Part shown: positions 30,181 through 42,389 of the stretch, piece by piece | How positions within the stretch are numbered: the first letter of the stretch is position 1 | Layout of the letters: each line of letters starts with the position of its first letter | Assembly: GCF_009914755.1 (NCBI RefSeq) | Contig: NC_060928.1 | Length of the DNA stretch: 64,000 nucleotides | Reading direction: 5' to 3' (one strand) | Source: the human T2T-CHM13v2.0 reference genome, Homo sapiens | Program-made: the position numbers and the translations under genes | The notes under the pieces: generated by a model | Told to the model about the DNA's origin: nothing | Database searches by the model: none | Seen by the model: the letters and a program-made list of their open reading frames with translations, nothing else

Positions 30181-32569
30181 GTAAGGCCCCCTCTTCCCTT
30201 TCCATACTAGCTTGGAGAGCCCTTGATCTCTGACCCACAGCAGAAATGTTAGGAAGTTTGGAGAAGGCGGAAAGGAAGAAAAGGACTTGGAAGTAGTTGC
30301 ATGGATAAAATTTTTTTTAAAAAGTTTATGCTACAAAGATAACTTCCACTTTTGGGATTCCTAGAATGACAGCTTTAATTAAGACACAGCTTAATCAAAA
30401 CCAGCATAAGAGAACTATCAGTACTCATTGGAAGGAAACAGATCATAGCAGGGTGGGGAAGATGACAGTGTAATTAAATGGCAACATATTTTCCACTAAT
30501 TGTATATAATTAAACATAAAAGCAGATTAAATAAAATTACTTTAATAGAATTGGTGCAGTATTTTAGAAATGCATGGCTATCTTTTCAAAAATGGAACTC
30601 TAATTCTGAGAAACTCTGTAGTAGGTTCCTTTAACATTTTATTAAATTTTTAAAAGTAAGTTGATACTAATAGGACAAAAAGTAATGGAAAAGTTACATT
30701 GTAGTAATAGAACACACAAAATATTGGCTTTAAAGCACAAAATAAAATTGGGTCCTGGATAAATAATGGAGGTTATGTTGACCTTACTAAATGTGTTTCT
30801 TTTTCTTTCTCCATTGCAATATTTTATATGGCTTATAAAGCTAGTGAAAAGATAGGGGATTTCTATAATTTGTGCAATATTTCTCCTAAGGCTTTGATTT
30901 TTTAAAAAATGAATGCTTTCTGTAGCAGTAGAGATTTTAATAGTTTAGTAGATTCTAGTAGTTGACTGGAGGAAAAAAAATCTTTGCAAAATTAAGCTGT
31001 CTTTGAAAATTCAAAAACAGTAGCAAAAAAGAATAAACCATGACCAGGATGCTGACTTCAGGTAATTAATCAAATAAAATACGTAACTATTACTGCAAAA
31101 TGCACAGGCAAATTCCTTTAGACAAATGAAGAGAAAAAGAGCCACCCTAATGTTTCAATTATGTAGATTCAAGAAGACATAATCTTTTGTTTTACTTATT
31201 TTCTAAAGTAATTTGATTATATAGAGTCAGCTTTTATTAATATGAAAAGTAGAGAGTTCTTTTCTGTGCATATATCCAGGCTTGAGTAAAAGAAATCCTG
31301 CTCCATAATACACATGTATATGTGAATGTAAAAATGTATGTGTACATGTAAATATGCATATATTAATACCTGTAATATATACTCATAGATACTCTTGAGA
31401 TGCATTAAGAACTTGTTAATCTTAATCATTAAGCTAATGCTATTAATGTGATGGCATTTACTATAAAACCTTAGGAAGTCTAAGAGAAAGTCAATCAAAT
31501 GACCTATTTACACACCCAAAACAAGAAATATATTTAAAATAAATATATTAATAAATTAATATATTTAATATTTAAATATAATAGACATAAGATTAGCTAC
31601 CTTTGAATTTAAGGTTAACCTAGCCCTATTCTTTAATTAACACACTATTAAGAAACGGTTTATATAATTGTTACACCTTTGCAAACACTTCAAAATGAGC
31701 ATTCAATGTCAATGCTTGCCCAAATGATTTAAAATAGTTCTAAGGGACTTTGGAGCCAATATTTCAAAATGAAGAAATCAGACTGTTTGTCAGCGCTTTC
31801 AATGTGACATACTTTGAAATGGTATGCTTTTACATGTAATAGCCTGGTTTCTGCCAATTATGCATCTGTAGTATCTGTACCTTATATAATAATTATTGCA
31901 GCATCCTCTAGGGTAGAATTTGTGACCAGCTCAGATAAATTTTAAATAATTTTTTAAGAGTGTAGAGTTACGCCATTCCCGAAGACTGCAAAAGGGATAT
32001 CCCAGCTATCCAGGGAACCAGAAGCAACATTTAAGCTGTTCTCTCTGGCTCTAGTTTCCTTTCCCTGCCCACTCCTCATTAAAAAAAAATAAGTTAACTA
32101 CCAATATGAAGGAGAACGAGGAGAGGAATTTTTAGATTTCCGCCTTACAATTCATACAGACTGTTTTATTTGAATGAGTGAAATGTACCAGTCAGAACAT
32201 CAAGATGACACGTTTTATACAGAAGTCAGTTGTACTGTATCCGAAATCCATCTATTGTAATAATACGTAAGCATCATTACAGACTTATAGATGGGAGGTT
32301 TCTCATGAACAAATAAAAAAGGGGAAAGTTGCCAAATTGCAAAGAATTCTTCACATATTTATTTACATTTTTCTCTCTTACATAATCTAAGAGTAGGTAA
32401 TTGTTTCAATATTGCAAGCAATCCTCTGCAGTATATTTTGAGGGTTAAAAAGATCACACACTGAGCTTCAGACATTTTAATCAAGTTTCACAAGTTTTAA
32501 CTCATGTAAAATGAGAACTAATTTCTTATGGAAAACACGGGGTTCAGTTCAGGGAAAGTAAACATCCAC

Positions 32570-33410
<841 letters not shown>

Positions 33411-33460
33411 TCTCGCCTGAGTTCATCTTCAACCATCTCATTGTAATTTTCTATTACTAG

Positions 33461-33973
33461 GTTTCCCTGTGGTCTCTGCTAGTGACTCTGGTGGTCCTTT
33501 TCATAATGACCGGCACTATGTTAGGACCTGAACTGCTGGCAAGTATCCCTGCAGCTGTTTATGTGATAGCAATTTTTATGCCTTTGGCAGGCTACGCTTC
33601 AGGTTATGGTTTAGCTACTCTCTTCCATCTTCCACCCAACTGCAAGAGGACTGTATGTCTGGAAACAGGTAGTCAGAATGTGCAGCTCTGTACAGCCATT
33701 CTAAAACTGGCCTTTCCACCGCAATTCATAGGAAGCATGTACATGTTTCCTTTGCTGTATGCACTTTTCCAGTCTGCAGAAGCGGGGATTTTTGTTTTAA
33801 TCTATAAAATGTATGGAAGTGAAATGTTGCACAAGCGAGATCCTCTAGATGAAGATGAAGATACAGATATTTCTTATAAAAAACTAAAAGAAGAGGAAAT
33901 GGCAGACACTTCCTATGGCACAGTGAAAGCAGAAAATATAATAATGATGGAAACCGCTCAGACTTCTCTCTAA
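33461..33973 (+). CDS. SLC10A4: SLC10A4 coding exon 3
   Basis: Acceptor ctattactag|G; VSLWSLLV...RTVCLETGSQNVQLC...ETAQTSL*; total CDS 590+211+513=1314 nt, 437 aa. Confidence 0.97.
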   Translation, partial: VSLWSLLVTLVVLFIMTGTMLGPELLASIPAAVYVIAIFMPLAGYASGYGLATLFHLPPNCKRTVCLETGSQNVQLCTAILKLAFPPQFIGSMYMFPLLYALFQSAEAGIFVLIYKMYGSEMLHKRDPLDEDEDTDISYKKLKEEEMADTSYGTVKAENIIMMETAQTSL

Positions 33974-34859
33974 ATGTGGAGATACACAGGAGCTTCTATC
34001 TTGCTGAAATATTGCTTCATATTTATAGCCTGTGGTAGTGCACATGGTTAACATAAAAGATAACACTGGTTCACATCATACATGTAACAATTCTGATCTT
34101 TTTAAGGTTCACTGGTGTATTAACCAAACGTTGTCACAAATTACAAATCAATGCTGTAATATAATTTGCACCTGGAATGGCTAACGTGAAGCCTGAATTA
34201 AATGTGGTTTTTAGTTTTTACCATCACCAATTTCTATGACTGTTGCAAATACAGAATCTATTAGAAAACAGGGTCTTGGAAATGTAGAATTTTGGCGCAC
34301 TATGAGGAAAAACAAGCTATCTTTGTAAAGCATAATTGAGTTTAATGTAATTGTTGTAAAAAAAAAAGTGTGCTTGCTCTACTTAAAATTCCTCACAATG
34401 TTGAATTTTGACCTGTATTCAGAAGAATTCCAAAACAGGTCAGTTAAATAAGGAAATATAGTATTTGTCAAACCAGTATCAGAGAAAAGTTACATTAATG
34501 TATTTGATTACTTGATCTGGTATCTACTTATTAATGAATAATCAACATTTTTCTAGTGGACAAGCCATGTTCTTTTCGACTGGTCTTCTGCATTTATGTA
34601 AACACACCCCAAATCAATTTATCTTTTGTAGGAATGATTTGGTTGGGAAATTTTTCAGAACCGCTCTGGAGCAGAACAAAACGGTACCTCCCGGTCACCA
34701 CTGGGACTGGGGGAAGGGACACGCTCCAGGGGAGAAAACAATTCGCCTAGATGAAGATCCCTGGGTGGTTCTCCATGCACTCGCCGAGGGGGCTCAGTGG
34801 GTAGCCTCTTAGAGCAGCTCTGAGAATAAACTTATCATCTGAGTTAACGGGTAATAGAC

Positions 34860-36700
34860 CCAGAACAGTTCCCAAACCTTGGCACTTTCGCTCACTTAGC
34901 CAGAGGCACCCGGCCTGGCCTCGGCTTCCCGGTGAGGGAGCGGGGGTGGGGGGGATGCGCAGGCACCTGGAACAATCAGGGCACCGGGAGAAGCCGGCTC
35001 AGCTGATGCCGGTGATGAGTTTCTCTCATTGAAATCCTCCTCACCTCGGGCGCCTTGGTTCCCTTACGGATCAGCCCTTTCATCACAAAGAAAGCCCTCT
35101 TTCCAGATCATCTAAGGGTCATTGTGCCAACATCCGGGCGTGGAGAGTTTCCGTAGGGAGAAGGACGAAGAGGGGCCCCCTCGGCGGGGACGCGGGCCGG
35201 TGGCTGGAAGGGCGTGGAGGGCGGTGCAGCGTGCGAGCCCCCGCCGAGGGCCATCCCCGCCTCCGCTCGGCCGCCCGGGCAAGTCGCCTATTTAGGGTGC
35301 GGCGGCGGGCGGGAGCAGTGCGCCCATGGCGGCCCTGGGGGACGAGGTGCTGGACGGTTACGTGTTCCCGGCGTGCCCCCCCTGCTCGTACCGGTACCCA
35401 TACCCCGCGGCCACCAAGGGCAAGGGCGCGGCGGGCGGCAGCTGGCAGCACCGCGGCAGGGGCTGCCTTCCCGCCTCCTCCCCCTGCTCGGCGGGCGCGG
35501 CCTCGTTGTCCTTCCCGGGCTGCGGGCGGCTGACGGCCGCCGAGTACTTCGACAGCTACCAGCGGGAGCGGCTCATGGCTCTCCTGGCGCAGGTGGGGCC
35601 GGGTCTCGGGCCGCGCGCCCGCAGGGCCGGCAGCTGCGACGTGGCGGTGCAGGTGAGCCCGCGCATCGACGCCGCGGTACAGTGCTCGCTGGGGAGGCGC
35701 ACGCTGCAGCGCCGGGCCCGCGACCCCGAGTCCCCGGCCGGCCCCGGGGCCGAGGGCACCACGGGTGGCGGCTCTTTCTCCCAGCTGCCATCCCGTCGAG
35801 GCCTGGAGCAGGGCAGCCCCCAGAACGGCGCCCCGCGGCCCATGCGCTTCCCGCGCACCGTCGCCGTGTACTCGCCCCTGGCCTTGCGCCGTCTCACCGC
35901 CTTCCTGGAGGGGCCCGGGCCCGCGGCGGGCGAGCAGAGGTCCGGGGCGTCGGACGGAGAGAGGGGGCCGCCGCCCGCGCGGCTTCAAGGCCCAGAGGAG
36001 GGGGAGGTGTGGACGAAGAAGGCGCCCCGGCGGCCGCAGTCCGACGACGACGGCGAGGCCCAGGCCGCAGTCCGAGCGAGCTGGGAGCAGCCGGCCGACG
36101 GTCCCGAGCTGCCGCCGCGAGAGGCCCAGGAGGGCGAGGCGGCTCCGCGGTCGGCGCTAAGGAGCCCGGGGCAACCTCCGTCGGCGGGGAGGGCCCGAGA
36201 CGGCGGCGACGGACGGGAGGCGGCCGTCGCGGGAGAGGGGCCGTCGCCACGGAACCCGGAGCTGGGCAAGGAGCGGCTGCGCTTCCAGGTAAAGCCTAGG
36301 GCGGTCAGGGCACAGGGGAGCCCGGGGGTGCGGGTGTCTTCCTTGGGCCTGGCCCTGTGACTGCTTCGGGCACTCGGAGGTGCGGCGCTTCCCTAAGCGT
36401 GGGCCACTTCCGTATTTCCGAGACAGCCAATGACCGCGATAGGTGTCTTCCTTGACAGCACAGTCTCATGTCCCCGACATCCAGACTTACTCGTGGCGGC
36501 TGCTCCACGGGCTGGCCAGGGCGACGCCCTTGGGACGTTCTTATAACCCACATATTTGCACTGTAAACCTCGCGCAGTGGGCGCATAGGCCAGCCCTGAC
36601 CGCAGGTTGGATTACCTATCAGTAGGCACAACTGAACTTCGGAGCACTTGCCGGCTGGAGAGTCGATTCCCAAGGATCCCTCTCTCCCATTTCCGCACTG
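34860..36700. promoter_or_regulatory. CpG island over the ZAR1 promoter and exon 1
   Basis: High GC/CpG; TATA-like tattta at 35289-35294; E-boxes at 34964-34969 and 35000-35005. Confidence 0.85.
35326..36288 (+). CDS. ZAR1: ZAR1 (zygote arrest 1) coding exon 1
   Basis: MAALGDEVLDGY...EYFDSYQRERLMALL...DVAVQVSPRIDAAVQCSLG...RTVAVYSP...KERLRFQ; donor CAG|gtaaag; 963 nt. Confidence 0.97.
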
Positions 36701-37798
36701 GATGTGGCAAAAACCCTTCAACTGCTGGGATTCTGGTCAGCAATTCTGATTTCTCCTTTACGAGCTTCCAGGCTATTGGAAAGCTGGAGCTCCTAAAATG
36801 CCCCTTCCTAGGAATTTGCTTTGCTTTTAAGAAGCACCCCCAACTCAGAAATCCAATACTGCGAAAGCATTTGGACTGCTCAGTGTTGCTGCCCGAGGGC
36901 AGCAGGCTGAAACTTTAAAGGGCTGGGGCACGCAGAGGGCAGTTGTGACCTAGCAGAAGTGGAAAGGCACAAGAGGTGGTAAGAAGCCCGAGGGAGTCCC
37001 TCGCGGTCTCTTCCACGGCCACCACAGGCTGGTATTCCTTTTGAGGGGCGGGGTTGGTGGCGGTAGGCTGATTGTGCGAGGAGTGAATCGAGAGGCCAGG
37101 GCTTCCCAGCGTGGCTTTGCAGGAGCTGTGTGTGATCTTAGGCCAGTCATAACCTTCCTGGACTTAGCGCAGTCTCACAGGTGAGCAGACTGAATTAAGT
37201 GCTCCCCAGAGTTCCTTCCAATTCTGAAAGGCTAACTCTAAAAACGTGTGCATAACTGCTTGCTTACTGGGAGGGAAGAAGGGAAGTTTAAGTAACACTA
37301 CTTTTGTTCATATTGAATATGAATTATGGCTTACGTACGATTTAGGTTCCTGGCACCACTGTTTGGGAGTTAACTAGCAGCATGAAGAATGTGATCTTGG
37401 GTGAACCTTTAAAGTTCCTTAGATGTGGAGTCTTATTTTTCTTCAGCTTAATACATGTGTGCATAGTCTAAGATCAGGCTTTATCTTAAAAGGCCTTCCT
37501 ACAGAATCCCAAACTTTAGAGAACTGTTTATTATGTCCCTACTTATTCGTTTATTAGCCAGCCTTATGAACTGAGTTAATCTGGTATATGAACTCTAAGG
37601 CCCATGCTTGCTTAATTGTTTGACTAGGCTATTAAGCTCACTTAATTACTGTATTGAAGAGGCGTACCCAAACCTGACCTGCTTTCTTTCATGATCTGAA
37701 GTTGCCAATTTCAAATATCAAGTAGATCCTTCCCAACGTCTGAAATGAAGGATAATTCAGGTGTTTTGTTGGTTAAATTGACATATCCTGTTGTTCAG

Positions 37799-37891
37799 TT
37801 CTTAGAGCAGAAATATGGCTATTACCACTGCAAGGACTGCAACATCCGCTGGGAGAGTGCTTATGTGTGGTGTGTACAGGGAACTAACAAG
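37799..37891 (+). CDS. ZAR1: ZAR1 coding exon 2 (zinc-binding 3CxxC domain)
   Basis: ttgttcag|FLEQKYGYYHCKDCNIRWESAYVWCVQGTNK|gtaaga; 93 nt. Confidence 0.97.
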
Positions 37892-37970
37892 GTAAGAAAT
37901 ACCAGGTAACTGGCATCTTCTTGCTGAAAGTGTCAAGGCGATTTTAAGTTTATCCTCTTTGTCATCACAG

Positions 37971-38045
37971 GTTTACTTCAAACAGTTTTGCAGAACTTGT
38001 CAGAAGTCTTATAACCCTTACCGAGTGGAGGATATCACCTGTCAA
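37971..38045 (+). CDS. ZAR1: ZAR1 coding exon 3
   Basis: catcacag|VYFKQFCRTCQKSYNPYRVEDITCQ|gtaaat; 75 nt; the preceding intron is only 79 nt. Confidence 0.97.
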
Positions 38046-39133
38046 GTAAATCAGATGTTTTGCATTTTGTCTGACCTGGGCAGTCGTCGAGGGTTTTTAG
38101 TATAGTTTGAGTATACTTCCAAAAAGAGGCCAGGCCCCCAGACCTTAGGTTTCAACTGGCTTTTGTTAGGAGTGGTAGAAACAATACTCAGCTGGGAAAC
38201 GGGGCCTTGGTGTTAGCTTCTTTCTGGCCTTGCAAATCTTGCTGTTGTTAACCTCTTCTAAAACTGTTAACCTCACTTGCAATATGGAAGAATACTTGTC
38301 TTACTTGCTACTTAGTCTAATGTATAAGAAAATCAACAAAAACATGCTTGTCAGCTAACATGAGGTAGTCAAGGTTGACTGTTTTACCGAAACGCTTCTT
38401 ATGAAGCACAACCTTAAAGTACTTAAGCACAGGGGGTTAGTTTGTCTTGCCTGAAAGCTCACAAAGGGACAGTTTAAGATAAATCTAAGTTGTCTAGCTT
38501 TATGGGGAGTTGACTATAATGGTAAGCAAGCAATATGTTAACTAAGCATTGCTTAAGCGCTTGCTTGCTATTAACTGTGCTAAGGGGCTTAGCTAATCTT
38601 TAAGAGGAAAGAAGTGACTACATTCGCCTCCTGTCACACAGCTAATGGAGTCTGAATTGCCAGTTGAGACAGCCTAATCAATACACTTGACCCACGTTGG
38701 ATATTTAAAAGCATTAACACCCTGGGGTGGTGGAGAGAAACTAAGTATGGAAAGCCACTTAGAATCACTTAGATCAGAGCTGGGCATGTTTCTAAAAGAG
38801 GATGCCTTAACCACTCTGCTCTTGGTGTTCATTGTCAAATTCATCCCTGACTTGTTCTCTACCCTTTCTCTTAAACAGTTGTTGTAAAAGAAATTTCACA
38901 ATTCATAATTGGATCTGATGCAATATAGCAGCAGTACAGCATGGTTAAACACCCACTATTCCTAGCCCTGTCATTGCTACGTAGGTAGGGATGTAGAGGG
39001 AAAACAAGATTACTATGGGACCTTGCTTAGAGCACATTCATTAAGTACTTGAATGGACTAGAAAAATGTTGAAGTCCTAGGAAATCACTAAGGGTTTATC
39101 TTCTGCATGCCCTTCTGTATTTTTTTCCCCCAG

Positions 39134-39277
39134 AGTTGTAAACAAACGAGATGTTCCTGCCCAGTAAAACTTCGCCACGTGGACCCTAAACGGCCCCACC
39201 GTCAAGATTTGTGCGGTAGATGCAAAGGCAAACGCCTGTCCTGTGACAGCACTTTCAGCTTCAAATACATCATTTAG
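39134..39277 (+). CDS. ZAR1: ZAR1 coding exon 4
   Basis: tttcccccag|SCKQTRCSCPVKLRHVDPKRPHRQDLCGRCKGKRLSCDSTFSFKYII*; total 424 aa. Confidence 0.97.
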   Translation, partial: SCKQTRCSCPVKLRHVDPKRPHRQDLCGRCKGKRLSCDSTFSFKYII

Positions 39278-39401
39278 GTGAAAGTCAGTGTTGCTGTGCA
39301 TGCGCTGATGGAGTAGACGAGTGAGCTTTTCCGTGCCTCTCCTCCACCTCTCCCTTCTCAAAATACTTCATGAAAGGCAGTGTATTCTGAAAAAGCCTTC
39401 A

Positions 39402-39458
39402 AATAAAGGTATTGCAACACGATTTATACATTGCATAAAATCTGTCTTTGAAAATAAA
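39402..39458 (+). terminator. ZAR1 tandem polyadenylation signals
   Basis: AATAAA at 39402-39407 and 39453-39458. Confidence 0.75.
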
Positions 39459-39673
39459 GTTTCAAGAGCGCTTGTCTTGTGCTAACAGTCTGGGCCTGTC
39501 ACTTCACCTTTATGAATGCTTGCTGATGGCATAGAGTGGGCCAGGCTCTGAGTTAGGCTGCAGCCACTTGGAAAACAATTTAGGGGGGTGCTTGTAGACG
39601 AGGTCTACTTATTTAGGCAGGTCTGGAGGACTGAAGCTTAGAAGGAAGTTAACTGAATAAAAAGCCGCCTAGC

Positions 39674-39733
39674 GATCGCGCCACTGCACTCCAGCCTGGG
39701 TGACAGAGTGAGACTCCATCTCAAAAAAAAAAA
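39674..39733 (+). mobile_element. Heavily 5'-truncated Alu with TSD
   Basis: Last ~49 nt of Alu plus A-tail; flanks aaaagc(c/t)gcctagc. Confidence 0.85.
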
Positions 39734-42389
39734 GCTGCCTAGCTGTAACATTAAGGCATTCTTTTGGGAGAGGTGGAGGCAGAGCCATTTATTGGTTGCA
39801 TGAGACCGTTGGAGGTTAACGTTGAGTAAGAATGCTGAGTGGCGGTGATGGGGTAGGTAAAGGCTTTAGTGTCCAGGTGACCTTAGGAGGTAAGCTACTA
39901 GGTGGAGGGAGGCTGGGAAAACTAACCTGGCTCACTAGTCAGTTTCACAAATGTGGCAAAAGTGGGGCTTGGAACAGGGTGGCTGTGGGCAGCTAGCTGC
40001 TTTTAAGACACTGAATAACCTATCAAGTAGACTTTGTGTTTCTTCAAAGCCTTTTTTTTTTCTTCTTTTTTTAAAGTAGGCCTCCTAAAATGCACTTAAA
40101 GATGTCAAGTTAGAGGTGTAGGCCTTAGCTTTTGTCTTCACTGACTTAGTGCTAGTCGGGATGCCAGACTCTAACTGCGTCTAGTAGCTTCTCATGACAA
40201 CACTGAGGCCCCACTGCCAGAATGTTCCTAGTTGAGGATGGGACTGAGTTTAGAGCCTCAGGTGCATCTGATGAAATTAAAGTTGTAGTATTGGTTTAAT
40301 TACAGAAACCATATAATTGGAACCATGTGCTAATTATGCCTCCAATTCTCTAACAAACATCCCACTTAAGTGAACCCCTTACTACCTTAGGCCATAGGAC
40401 TAAGTCTTAACATCTTGGACACTTGTTAAAAGGGACCAAAGTGAGTTTGAGGCCTCCATAGAATCCGTATCTCAAGGGGAAAGGCCCACCTGCATCAATG
40501 TGGACAGAGATGGTGCGTGTAAAATGCAGATTACTGGGCACCTGTCCTACCTACATTTAATAGGCGCCCCAGCTGTTGCTAATAGAATTGAAGCATGAGC
40601 ACCTGTGCTCGGTAGAGAAGAGGTGGCATCTCATGGAGCTTCCAGTAGAGTGGGCAGATGGCCACTAGTTTTTATATAAATGTAAAACTGAGGTTCTGAC
40701 CTGTGATCTGCTTATGTGCCTCTGCAGTAAGGGACCTGACTTAGGGAGATCAGGGAAGCCCTGCTTAAAAGAACGATACCTCAGCTAAGCTCCAGTTCAA
40801 ATGAGTCGAATGAGGCAAAAATGGAGAGGGGAAAATTTCCAGATTAGGTTAACAACAATCTGCAAAAGCCCTGTGGTAGAAAACAACCAGGGGGAGGCCA
40901 CAGTGTGAGAATACTTTGGAGGACATGACATGCCAGGTGAATCTAGCAGCGCCAGACTGGAAGGGTGTTTTAGGCCTTCATTAGGAGGATGGTCTCTACT
41001 GGAGTGCAGGGGCTACTCACAGGCATTATCAGGGAACACCATGGCCTCAAGCTCCTGGGCTCAAGTGATCCATCCTCCTGGCTCAGCCTCTCAAGTGGCT
41101 GGGACTACAGGCACTTTGCCAGGCTGCACTAAAAGGTTTTAAAGGTATGGTGGGGATAGTGGGGCATGGTGGCATATAGATTAAAAAATCACTCCAGCTG
41201 TACAGTGGATACCTGTAGATAAGGAGACTCACAGGGACCTGATAAAGTGGTGGCAAGGCTAGAGAGAAATGACAAGAACTGGTGTGGGTAAAGGCGATGT
41301 GTTTTTTACTGGTTCGAACATGTTCCTGTTGATTTGGTTGGGGGTAGGTACAGGGGTAGGAAACCTATTATTTGTACTGTGGCATGCAAGTGATACATAA
41401 TGATGTGATCAATAGTATTTGCTCAATGAATGAGTGAATTACATAAATGTACCTACATTGAGTCCTAAGAAATTTTCACTGGCTATTAATATGGTTACAT
41501 TGTTCTTTAATATTGCTTGCCATTAATTTTCCTAACTTAGCAGCTAACCCTATTTTTCAGTTGAGGAAAGTGAGGATCAGACTGTTTTACCTAGGGTGGG
41601 TGGGCATGCAGATATTCAACAAAGTGGCACAAAAACATGCCATTCAAGTTATGATTACATTCAAGCAATGAAAAGGCACTGCCAAACTCTATGTGTACAA
41701 TCCAAAAACTAAAAGATGTGAATAGATTTTAAGTTGAGAGGTTAGAAGGAAATACTCCAAGATGTCTCTGGGTATCAAGAGAAGTAACTGTAGTTTTCTT
41801 CATATTTCCTTTATTTTCTAAAGGAACCATGGATTACTTTGAAAAATTAGGGAAAAAATGCTATAAAATACCAATAAATGGATTTTCATACTGTCGTCTT
41901 TCTCCTTTTGTTTAGGTTATCCTGGTGTTTTATGTGAGCAGTATTCACTCACAGGCCTGGATGAGGAACCTTACTCTGCCCTTGAGTCTTTTCCAAGAAA
42001 GCATGTAATGATTTCCTAAATTTAAGGGAGGTTATGTGTTTTGCCACACCCTCTATTTTACATCACTAAAAGTAGAAAATATATTTTAAAATAAGAAATC
42101 CTGTGGTTTTGTTTTAGAAGCAGCATGAAGAAACTGCCGGATTGCTGCTTTTGCTGTTGTCTTATAAGCGTACTATTTAAAAATGATAAATTTAGTGGGC
42201 AAAAGAAAAAGGCTGTATGTAGCAAAAACTGGGCTCCAAATGGAACTAAATCAGGTAATAAATTAAGCATTGGTATATATTTGTTAATAAATGCTAACTT
42301 GGGATTCAGAGGCTGAGGAGCAGAGAAGTGTAGGTTGGAGGAAAATGCTGTTGCAGAAGGCCATCCTAATGAATTTGTTTGCATCTTGC

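Noticed and set aside
35119-36299. 289-361 aa alternative-frame and antisense ORFs over ZAR1 exon 1
   Set aside because: Same CpG-island artefact; no recognisable domains.
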